A stretch of 60,817 nucleotides of DNA, the filler included, from Platydemus manokwari (taxonomy: Eukaryota): the NCBI GenBank assembly GCA_037951405.1. It is 6 parts of 6 records of this genome, joined end to end, with 100 filler letters (N's around TTAATTAATTAA, not from the genome) between each part and the next. Parts side by side here need not be neighbours in the genome. Positions count along the whole stretch, not along the records: positions 9,409 to 18,712 come from JBBMOY011268540.1; positions 18,813 to 31,148 come from JBBMOY010183340.1; 4 more parts are not named here. The stretch is one strand, 5' to 3'. Of this stretch, positions 13,601 to 24,500 are shown piece by piece. Numbering within the stretch: position 1 is the first letter of the stretch; every line of letters starts with the position of its first letter. Below the pieces are notes generated by a model that saw only the letters and a list, made by a program, of their open reading frames with translations, searched no databases and was not told the origin of the DNA. A program made the position numbers and the translations under genes.

Positions 13601-16001
13601 GTTATAAATCAATATATAAAATCAATGTATGAATAAATCGATAATTATACAAAAATCATCGTGTTAATCAATCAAAATCACTCATGAATAAATCAATAAT
13701 TATAAACCAATCAAAATCAATTATTTATGAATAAATCAATAATTACAAACCAATCAAAATCACTTATTTATGAATAAATCAATAATTATCAATCAATAAA
13801 AATCAATTTACCTTCCCAATATTGTTACAATCGGATCAATCAACATCAATTGATCTTCAACTTTAATTGAAATCATTCTACAAAATGCTGACAAACCAAT
13901 GATAAATTTGTTCTGCAATTCGACAGTGTAGAAATCTTTGTTTAGATCGGGTTTGCTAATAATAAACAAATACCAACAAATGAATCAATATTTTCATTCT
14001 AACAATAAATTTACCTTTTAAATTTTTTCATTGTTTTCCTTCGGTTTCCTTCCTTATCAACAGTATCGTTATTGTTGAGTAGATATTTGATATTATTAAA
14101 TGACAATGATAATTGACATAAATATTCAATAGCACAATTCATATGATCAGATTCGGTGCTATTTATATTATAAATTATATGATCAATGATTGTTTGCTGA
14201 TGATTTTCCGGCAAATTTTGATATTCCCATCGGATATTTTGTAAACATTTCATTAAATTTTCCCGATAAATATATGTTAATGAATCAATGGTGATATTTG
14301 GTTGAAGTTTCGACAAAAATAATGACCAAACATTCTTTAAATCTGGAATCATGGTGATATTTCTTTGATTTATCATTGATAAACAAGCGATTTGCATGCT
14401 CAATGATGAAGTATCGTGACAAACACCGTCTAATTCTTGAAGAATAATGGTCGAATGAATGCCATAATTGAGACAATCGGGATCGCCCTCAATGTCATTC
14501 GATTTCAATGTTGCGAAATTGTTCAATTTAGACCAGTTATTGGCGAACATCTTGATCAATTTCAAAGCCAATTTTTTAATTTTCATGTCTGGATATAAAA
14601 TCGCATAACAGAGATGAGAAATCAATCCGCCAGATTTATATTCGATTTGCAATTCTTTCGGTTTGTCTTTGAATAATTTCATAACGGCGAAAGAAATTTT
14701 TGATGGTTTACACTTCTGGGAGGGATCTGGATTGATTTCGACGTCTTTCCAGTTGAGAACGTATGATTTCAACAATTGAATGAGATCTGTTTCAATGGTT
14801 GAGCTTTTCCAATCGATGGAGATCGAACGAACTATTTCTTTGACAATCACAGAATCTGGCTTCACAATCACCTTCGTTGGTTTATCATCATCAATATCCA
14901 TAAGCATCGTTGTGCCAGGATCAGTTTCCTCTTTAGCATTACTATTTTCCGACATTAGTTGTTCTATTACAGATTTTTCCTTTTCGTTCAATTGTTCCAA
15001 ATTTTCCATAAACAGTGAATGCAATTTGGGCTTGAGAACAATCTTTTGAAAGTAACAAACATCCAAAATAGCTCTCAAGCGAACAAATCTATTTTCACTG
15101 GGTGCTTTCTTGAGAATCTTTTTCATTGCTGTATAGAGAAAGTTGCGATCGAGTGATATTATTTCAGAAAAGTAAACTAAAAGAATGATCGAAGATGCAT
15201 TGAGATTTATATGGGTCGTATTTAATCCATCGATTATTATTCTAATGAATGGATTGAGATATTTTTCGATCTTCTCTTCTCCCAGCAATCTAACCTTGTC
15301 AAGGATATTAATTCCTAAACAAATGATAACATGGCAGAGTTCTTTGCAAGCTTGCTGGTCACTATTAGTCAATTCAATGAATTTTATCGGCCAACTACAA
15401 ATCATCTCCAAAACATTTGGATTTTTCAAACATAGACTGCTTAAAACGTTAGCTGATATCCCTTTTCCCGATTTCTGGATTTCATTTAAGCAAGAAAAAT
15501 CTTTATTCTTCAAATCAATCAATCGCAAAAACTTAATAAAGACAATCTGATTATGATATGGCAAGCATGACATTAAGATATCTTCCGGTTGGTGAATGTG
15601 GATTTCATATTTGAAAACCAGCCATTCAATTGATTGAATAACAAAACCTATCTCCAAATATGGTGTAACTAAACATAAAAATAACCTAATTTGTTTTTTA
15701 ATTTCATTTAGACGATCCTCTTTTAATAATTGAGGAACCATGTCAATAGTTTCTTCGGAATAAAGACTTTCAAATTGATGAAATCTATTGTCGAGTTTAC
15801 ATAATTTATCAAATCCTTTCTTACCTGAAAATTGTAAAATAAAGACATGCTTTTAATTATAATGAAAATACATTGTTCATGAGCTTCAGCTCTACCAATT
15901 GAAGAACCATCTTGGTATATTAGGGATTTTTTATGTTTGATATTATTGGTAAATACATTTGTAACAGAAGTTTTAGAACTTTGAATTAGATTTGAGAGCA
16001 T
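10681..16001 (-). CDS. HEATR1: HEAT repeat-containing protein 1 / U3 snoRNP protein UTP10; exons 16001-15872, 15824-14015, 13955-13812, 13583-10798, 10730-10681 (1639 aa)
   Basis: N-terminal FLCLVTPY...IEWLVFKYEIH...LMSCLPYHNQIVF matches UTP10. Four GT-AG introns (47, 59, 228, 67 nt) keep frame (total 4920 nt). The spliced C-terminus FLEDYDERIADLAN matches the conserved LxED-(D/E) tail. Confidence 0.85.
13600..13810. repeat. Intronic minisatellite, ~42-nt unit (ATGAATAAATCAATAATTATAAACCAATCAAAATCAATTATTT)
   Basis: About four imperfect copies fill HEATR1 intron 3. Confidence 0.8.
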
Positions 16002-18024
16002 TTCTAAAAATAAGGTTTATTTATTATTACTAGTTAAACGTGAAACTAAGCATTTACATAAGATTAAAATAAATCAAATTCTTTAAAAATTTAAACAAAT
16101 ATGTTTGTCATAGTTTTTATATTATAAATTTTATTATTAGTCTTCTAAATTTAAATATTATCAAGCAGTTTTTTCTGATCAAAAAATTCTTCAACATATT
16201 ATGATTATTTAGGTATATAAATATAAAATAATTAATGAAAATAGTAATTTAATAGATTTTATTAACGAAGAAATTTCTTTAAAAGAAGATAAACAACAAA
16301 TTTTAAAACCAATTTCATGCTGGGGAATTTGGAAATAATACTACTATTAATCTTGATTTATAAGATATATTTGATAATTTTAATTTTGATAAAAAGATTT
16401 TGATGAGAGACGCATCAATTAAAAATCAAAAAAAGTCAGTTGCAAATTGTTCCAGTGAAAACTAATGGTTCGGCGTGTAAATATTTTTAGGTTTTGGTAC
16501 TCCATCAATTATGATAAGTCCATAGCAAAGTTGAACAATATTAATTTTTTTGTCGGTATATTTCGCTTCGCTTTTCGTTAATTGAAATTAACTTATTTTA
16601 CATGAGAGAATTTATTCACAAGATATAAACGCCTTTGTTCTCTCGATGATATTGTTGAGTTATCAATTAGCAATTTATATCTGAAATATGTATGAAATAA
16701 AATATTACACTCAAAGTCTCAACAACAACAACACTAAATCTTTACGCAATTCACAAGGTAAATCACTTAAGTTAGGATCAGCGCCAGAAAGATTTCCATT
16801 TGCTGAATTTGTTCGTGAATCGATTTACTTGAGATTTTCCTTGCATCTTTCGTGTCATAGGGGAATATTTGAGCTTGCTGCCATTTTGTAGGTATGTGCT
16901 TGTCGATTCTTAACTTCTTAATATATGTTGGATATTAAAATAATGGTAATCTTTTATTTAGTTGATTTTACTGTCCCGTCGTATGCGAGCTCTATATTTA
17001 ATAATTGAAGGTGTGTTGTTTAACCTGAACAAATAATAATAATAACAAAATCCACAACTAATTTCCTGGCTAAGAATACAATAATGATGCAATTATAATT
17101 TAATTTTATCATTTGATTGAATTGAACTTGTTACAAATAATAACAAAATCTGATAAAAATTCTTCTGCTGAGAAATTGAATATCTGAATGTAATATATCT
17201 GAATTTAGATTTAAAAATATATATGAGACCTTCATGACAGCGGGTACATAATATTTATTATCTAATTTACTTTTATTATTTATTATTTATATTTATGTTT
17301 GTGTTTGTATATGCTTTACCATATGTACTTATATCTAACAGTACAAAAATTCGGGCTAGAATAATGATTTGCAATTTACATTATCTTCTAGCAACTAGAG
17401 TAGTTGTAAGATTTTCAAAGTAGAATATTACAGTATGTAAAATTAATGTTGCAACTAGAATAAGTAACTGAATCCGTTATGAAAGTTCGATGTGCAGTCA
17501 GAAGTTTTTGAACTAATATTTCAATTGAAACCATGGAACTTAATTGATAACGAAATTAACTGAATTATTTTTGCAGTCTTACCTTATTCATTATTTAATC
17601 AGCAATGTTCATTTTAAACAGAAACAAATTGTTTTTATTTAATCTCAATGAGAACATAATTCACAGGGAGGAGTGCGATCTAAATTTAAGAGGCGGTTAA
17701 GTAGTTCCGAACGGTTTAGTATCATACCGTTTAGTATCGCACCCTATAGTCAAATAAAATAGACTAATTTTTAGGTGCTTTATTCTTTTATGTATGATTT
17801 TGAAAATAGTCTTAGAAACTGTGAATGATCAATTTTTAAACCCACTTTGTTCCTATTTTCATAATACTAAGCTGCTTTTAAAAGAAACATTATTGAGAAT
17901 TATAAAATCGAAAAAGACCAGAATAATTTCATAAAACAACAAAAGAATAAGTTAATAACAAGAATCATAACATTATTTTTTCGAGTAAATAATCAATTTT
18001 TGTTTCATGAAGCGTTTTAGCGAG

Positions 18025-18299
18025 TTAAGTCAAAATATGTTTTATTCGCGATTGAATCTGTTTTGGCTTTTCAGATTTTATAACAACCGAAGATTGTATT
18101 AAATTGATGATACTCTTCGTCAATTCTTCATCATGGTAAATCTTAGCCCAAATTTGTCCATTTTGAACGAAATCACCTTCTTTATTGATTAATTGTATGC
18201 CTACATTATAATTGATTATATCTTCTTTTCTCAGGCGTCCACCGCCAAGATCTCGAGTAACGATACCTATTGCTTCGGCATCAATATGATGTATATAAC
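18025..18299 (-). CDS. TYMP: Thymidine phosphorylase, terminal exon (upstream exons not identified in this contig)
   Basis: After acceptor ttttaag: GYIHHIDAEAIGIVTRDLGGGRLRKEDIINYNVGIQLINKEGDFVQNGQIWAKIYHDEE...ILT*, matching the pyrimidine-nucleoside phosphorylase C-terminal domain (IDA..LG.GR....D.I...VG.....K.GD.V..G...A.I.H). Confidence 0.85.
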
Positions 18300-18712
18300 C
18301 TTAAAATATAATTTAATGAGAAATTATGATATTATAATAATAAAAAAAAAATCAATCATTTATATCAAGGCAGGGAAAATTTTTTGATAAATTTTAAAGG
18401 TTAAATTGTAATAATCTCAAGCATTTCTTAGGATACATCTTGCATAAACCGATAGCCCATTACTGGAAAGATATTTCTTTACTCCTAAGGAGTGAACAAA
18501 TTGACTGCATCATCTTCGAACACGAATTATATTTGCTATCAGTAATCGATATTTTATAATTATTCTACAAACACAAAAAAGGCAAAATTTAGTTAAAGAA
18601 ATTTATTGAGTAGAATATTTGAGCCCTTGATTATGAAAGTGGTATAAGTCATTTCAATCTTTCAAAACCAAATTTCCATTTAAAAATGGTAATAAATTTC
18701 ACAATCATATTA

Positions 18713-18812
18713 NNNNNNNNNNNNNNNNNNNNNNNNNNNNNNNNNNNNNNNNNNNNTTAATTAATTAANNNNNNNNNNNNNNNNNNNNNNNNNNNNNNNN
18801 NNNNNNNNNNNN
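18713..18812. other. Artificial contig spacer
   Basis: 44N-TTAATTAATTAA-44N. Confidence 0.98.
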
Positions 18813-19394
18813 GAAATAGGACATGATGCTGTAGTTGATTTCAACAATTATCTTCGCGAGATATGTATAGGTAAGATGACTGAAGCCGATGGTTCAATGA
18901 TTGGTGGCCCGGAAACAACGGTGGAAATTGATGAAAGTCTGTTTTCGCGGCGCAAGAACAACGCAGGACGAGTTCTTCCACAACAATGGATCTTTGGAGG
19001 CATTTGCAGGGAAACGAAGGAATGCTTTGTAGTGCCAGTACCAGATCGAAGTGCTTCAACTCTTCTTCCAATCATTGTAGCCAGGATTCGACCAGGTACA
19101 ACCATCATCTCCGACTGCTGGCGTGCCTACAAGAATATAGCAGACGAAGGATTTGAACATTTAACAGTAAATCACAAGTACAATTTTGTGGATCCTGAGA
19201 TGCAAGCTCATACACAAACAATTGAAAATACTTGGCGCCCCATCAAATTAGACAACAAAATACGATTTGGAACTCGACGAAATTTTATAGACTCTTATAT
19301 GGCCGAATTTATGTGGCGTAGTAAGCTAAAAGGCCGTGACCCGTTTGATGCAATTATGCATGACATTGCAGACATTTGGCCGCCAGAAGTATAG
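18813..19394 (+). CDS. ISXO2-like DDE transposase (5'-partial)
   Basis: Open from the contig edge (EIGHDAVVDFNNYLREIC...); VEIDES, QWIFGGICR, IISDCWRAY, HLTVNH, HTQTIENTW, YMAEFMWR. Confidence 0.93.
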   Translation, partial: EIGHDAVVDFNNYLREICIGKMTEADGSMIGGPETTVEIDESLFSRRKNNAGRVLPQQWIFGGICRETKECFVVPVPDRSASTLLPIIVARIRPGTTIISDCWRAYKNIADEGFEHLTVNHKYNFVDPEMQAHTQTIENTWRPIKLDNKIRFGTRRNFIDSYMAEFMWRSKLKGRDPFDAIMHDIADIWPPEV

Positions 19395-19496
19395 AACTTT
19401 TATCCCTGTAATAAAAATAAAATTTCGATTTTGTAATTTGTAATTATTGATGATATTACATAATAAATATATAATTAATTTTGCGCCCATATAACC
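18813..19496 (+). mobile_element. Merlin (ISXO2/IS1595-like) DNA transposon, 3' part
   Basis: Transposase ORF plus a probable right terminus AATTTTGCGCCCATATAACC (reverse complement starts GG, as Merlin TIRs do); the left end is lost in the gap. Confidence 0.85.
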
Positions 19497-21533
19497 GATA
19501 AGATCCCAAATGTAATTAAAAATTCTTTGGAATACCAAAATATTTTAAATATAGTTGAATAGAATTTCATCATTGCACGTGTGTTAATTTGTATTATAAT
19601 TGAGTATATTAATCATGTTATGTTGATTATTTGTATTTGTTAAGACGAATTTAAAATACATGCACTAATTTGGTTAGTTGCCAACTCCTTAGAGGAATCA
19701 TCAGTAGTCATCAGAACTACTAACTGGTTGCATTTAAATAAAAAGAAAATCATCGATAATAAATTGTTGATTTGAATTTGATTAATAAATAAAATCACTC
19801 GTGAATGATGAAGAATAAATTTATTAATCTTACTTTGAAAAAGTGGAAAAGTAAAACAATTTAAATTCATGAAATTTGCATAAAGCATGTTATCGTAAAT
19901 ATTGAAACAGTTCCGGAAAGCAGAGAATCAAGTTTTTTGGAATTTGTGGTCACAGTATTCAAATTAATTCTCGGGAAGAGTATGCAAAAATTACTTTGGG
20001 ACTTTGATTAATTTTAACTAAATTTATGTTTTACATGTAGTATTATATTCAATAAATCGACGAGTTCTTTATTTCTGTACGTAAATAAAGAATAATTAAT
20101 TCCTCTAAGAGAAACTGATACAATAACGAGGCAAAATTCGCCAAATTCACAACAACCACAATTTAAGTCTTTGTTGATCTCAAAATGAAACTCAATGAAA
20201 ATAAAAATGAGTTTTACAAACATAAATTTCAATGATCTAACAAAATTTTACTTAATTTATTCGCATTTTTTGTGTTCAACAAAATTGATTTTATCCAAAA
20301 ATTTAATAATTCTGTCACTAAATTACCCGTATATCACAAGAGGTCTTGTATTTGATATATTTTTGTAATTACAACTTCATTTTCTTTTAAATGTAGCTAC
20401 GAAATTAACTTCTATTGTTTTGAAATTCGAATTTATTGTAAAATTTCATTTAATTATATTTTATTTCGATTCAACAATATTTCTTTTCCTGATTCAATTG
20501 CTTCCAAACTTTAAGTGTATATCGATTATCTTAGCATTTATTTGTAGAATTTTTAATAGTTTAATTTAAAAATTTTCACTGCTTATCACAACATTGTTTT
20601 GTGCTCAATTAATCTTTAAAGGGAAATTCGAATTAATTATTATTTTAAATTATGAAAGCTGATAATCAAAGTATGAAAATACATAAATTTTCGATGTTGC
20701 TATAATAAATTCTTTCTCAAGCACTAATATATAAACATACATTTACAAATATACACAAACAAACAAATCAGAGACAATATAAATTACACATTATCATTCA
20801 ATCAAGATAGAAATAACATGATAAACCAATGGAAACTCACCAGAGTTGGATGGTTAATTTAAATTATGAAAAGAGCCTCACAAGCATACAATAAAGCAAT
20901 CATAACTCCATATCAAAGCAGGCTATTGTTCGATACACACGCAATGTTCTTCTGTTTGATATGATTTGAAGTGGTGACAAAAATAATTTAAAATATCAAA
21001 ATCAACGAAACGAAATCAAAAGATTTCTATTTTCAATATCATCACAAATAGATTGTTTAAGGACTCAACATCGAAGAAATCAATAATAGTAATACGACAA
21101 TAGTTCCGATAATTTTATGCAAAAATATTTTCCAATCAGACAAAGGCACATTCTCAAATAAAATTGTGCCTATATCAATACAAATGTGTTCATAAAAATG
21201 ATGACATTTGCTAGTAACTAGAATCTTAATATAGGTTCTAATAACAATCAGTTGAAAGTATAATAATAATTTCAAATCTGTCAAAAGCAGAGGCAATGAA
21301 ATTCGGATAATCTAATTCGCGAAGAGTTCAGATTAAAAATGAACAGCCTATTCTGAACCAATCAGAAAAATTCGATAATATACACACACATACTATTTAC
21401 TTGGACACAGGTATCAGAGTTTTATAGAAAAAATTAAGGCAATTATCCTTAAAAAATGTGTAAAGTAATAAATCTGATATGTTTCTAAACACGTGAGCAT
21501 AATCGATAATCTGGCGTAAACAATGTCATTGAC

Positions 21534-24500
21534 TTAATCGGAGGGGACCGATGCGAGAAAGTCGCAACGTAACAAGATTTCAGCAGTCGCACGTTCGTGT
21601 GGATTGGAAATAAACATCTGATCAATGAAGGATTGCAAATCCATTGAAAGAGGTTCGGGAAATTGAATTTCAATCTTGCTGGTGTTAGCAATCCGAAACA
21701 GCGCTGCATAAGGTTCCATGTCGTGATATGGAGGGTTACCTGAAAGTTGGAATAATCAATATTTATATTTGAATTAATTATAACTTAGCGACAAAACTAT
21801 TTCCAAACATTATCATCAATAGAATATTAAAATAAATTATTGACATCAGGAGTGTAAAAGTGTGTAATTATATTAATGGAAATGACAATCGAGTTGGTGC
21901 TTTCATGAAAAATAATTTAAACAGATACAGTATCATAACGAATGTACAGATTCAGAAAAACAGATTTTTCTAATGTATGGAATTTTCAAGTGAAAAATTA
22001 ACAGATTATTTGGATATAAATCGAAAAAGATTCAATGTCAAATATTTCTTAAGGAACTTATAAAATACAAACAACGCAATGCAGAACATTTTCATTATTT
22101 ATTAAATTATGTAAAATCAAGATATGATAAAAAAAAACTTAATAAATACATTGTAGGCCGCTACTATTTCATAAAAACGAACTGAACAGTCCGACTCAAA
22201 GTATATTTTAATTACAATTTTAATCCCCTACTGTTGTATAAAGCACGCTTTTAAAACGAATTCAAAAGTCATCGATACCAATTTATATTTAAATATAATT
22301 ATATAAACCAATTAACATAATTTTATATAAAGTCTGAATTAAATCTTGACAAACTAAATACATTTAAAAATTCTCACATCCCTTTTTCGTTTATTTGTAT
22401 TCTTAACTGTTGCTGTATCGAATACTCTACATATTTAATTACATAAAAATCTTTAATTGTTCTATCTTCTTTATATCCCTTTTGTATCTCTTTTATATAT
22501 TCCCTACAGCTTATTTATATTTTCTGTATATATTCTCTGTACATACTCTATCTTCCTTCTCTTCTATAAATTTCAGTCATTGATCTTCACAGAATCAAAT
22601 CCAGATGCGTAAGCACAATGTGAGCCACTACTGTTCCATAAATCACGTATTGCAAGCGAATTGAAAATCATCAAAACCAATTTAAATACAATTATATAAA
22701 GAAATTAATATAAATTTGCATAAAATATGGATTAAAAATTAACTCAAAAATTCTCAGAACAATTATTCTAAAAAAATTATATTTTATAAAAATCTGATTT
22801 TAAAATTTCAATTCATTATAAATACTAATCTCCCTCTTTCTTTAAATTTTTTGATTTTCTCTGAATTCTTAATTTATTCTGCATCAATTCGCTCGATATT
22901 TATCTGTACAAAATTTATATTTCTTTTCTACTTCATAATTTCTTTATATCATCTCTATATATTTTTTACATCACATATAAATATATTCCTCATTTTCTAT
23001 ACTTTCGTGCTATAGACATTGTCAGAATTTTATCCAAATACGTAGTCGGCATGTAACTCATTTAAAACCAACTGAAAAATCACGACATTAAATTATACTT
23101 TGATTAGAATTATTCAAACAAAGCAAAATTTTATAAAAATCTGATTTCAAAAATTTCAATTCTTATAAATCCTCACGTACATTATACAAGCCTATCAAAA
23201 TTTTAACATAAATAATAAAACATTAAAATAAAGTTTATTCATTCAGTAAAATTCAACAAGCACAGTAACAGAAATATTAAAATATTATATTATATGGCTG
23301 TGTGTATTTGAGCTTTATTGATTAAAGACATGGGCTAGGTAATACAAATTGAGAAATCACTGATGCATAGAAACTTATAATTAGTCAAGTGGATCAACAA
23401 CTAATTAAAAAGAAAAGCGTAACCCATCGAAAACACATCAAATATTTAACTTTCAGATACAGGAAGAATTTTTCTTCGATTTATATGTTAGTTTACACAC
23501 TTTTGAAATTTGCGAGTTATTTCGATTTATATTAGATAACTATTGATTGACTCTTATCAATAAAAACTACAATCTCATATAAATCGAGTATATATATATA
23601 TTGATTAATACATATAATTTTCATATATTAAAAATGCATCCTTCTATTTTCCGATAGAAAAGTTTTGGAACAGAATAAAATCTATAATTTAATATTATAA
23701 ACTTCTATTTCTCATTATTGAAATATTTAAATGGCTTTAATACATTTTTATTTCACTAACAACGTAAAGCATTTATTTGATCCTATAATATGCGGATAAA
23801 ATATTGTCAGTAATCAATAAAATCATTTATTTTGCATAAAACACACCATAAATCAATTTGGAGCTACTATGGTAACGGTAAGAGTTAATGTGTTTGTAAA
23901 TCTCAAATACATTTACTAACAATATATTTATAACATATACAATGTCATTTTATATAAGAACAAGATAAATCTCAAAATAAATATTAAAAATGATGTTATG
24001 GATAGATAAAAATTAAATTTTCTTTTATAAACATTGTGCACGGTTTCCATCACATGTGATCTAAAACAATGTCGAACACCATATAGTGAAAACTCCCCTA
24101 GCAACATATTCAATTACAAAATTCATTCATTTAAAAATAAGGAGATGCATGAGAAAAGACAAAAATTGAAATCCACGGAATTCTGATATTTTTAGAAAAT
24201 AAATTTCGTAGCTATACATACCTGTTATATCATTTTTAGAGCCCGTTTATATTGGAATGCTTATGACGGAAGATCATCACACTTATCCGGGTCAGACACA
24301 TTCTGCATTAATTACCTCGATTACTATGGGAAGAAAATGCAAATTTACAAAAAGAAAACTCAAAACTAGAACGAACAAAAGCAGCTAACCAATCACAAGC
24401 ATTCACTGTAAAATATTTAAATAAAAATTCGTACTAAATAAGCCTGACATGCTAAATGACAACTTCAAACCGGAAACAGTGAGACATGCGCATTTTAGTA

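Noticed and set aside
13600-13810. Repeat array as CRISPR
   Set aside because: Head-to-tail AT-rich units without unique spacers, inside a spliceosomal intron; no cas genes.
12627-15550. Plus-strand ORFs 12627-12896, 14780-15049, 15185-15550 (also 39257, 43406, 49745, 54192)
   Set aside because: Antisense shadows of real coding sequences.
16150-16340. Possible small spliced plus-strand gene (…DFINEEISLKEDKQQILKPISCWGIWK*) divergent from HEATR1
   Set aside because: Could not build an open upstream exon with a start codon.
17700-17745. GTTTAGTATC direct repeat ending GCACCC, possible transposon terminus
   Set aside because: No partner end or TSD found.
18813-19394. Bacterial IS1595 contamination
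   Set aside because: QWIFGGICR/YMAEFMWR-type sequence is typical of eukaryotic Merlin, and it shares a contig with a spliced MAP3K gene.
19660-19735. Two CTGATGA motifs on the minus strand within a loose inverted repeat (hammerhead ribozyme or C/D snoRNA?)
   Set aside because: No GAAA after a stem II and no convincing box or stem arrangement.
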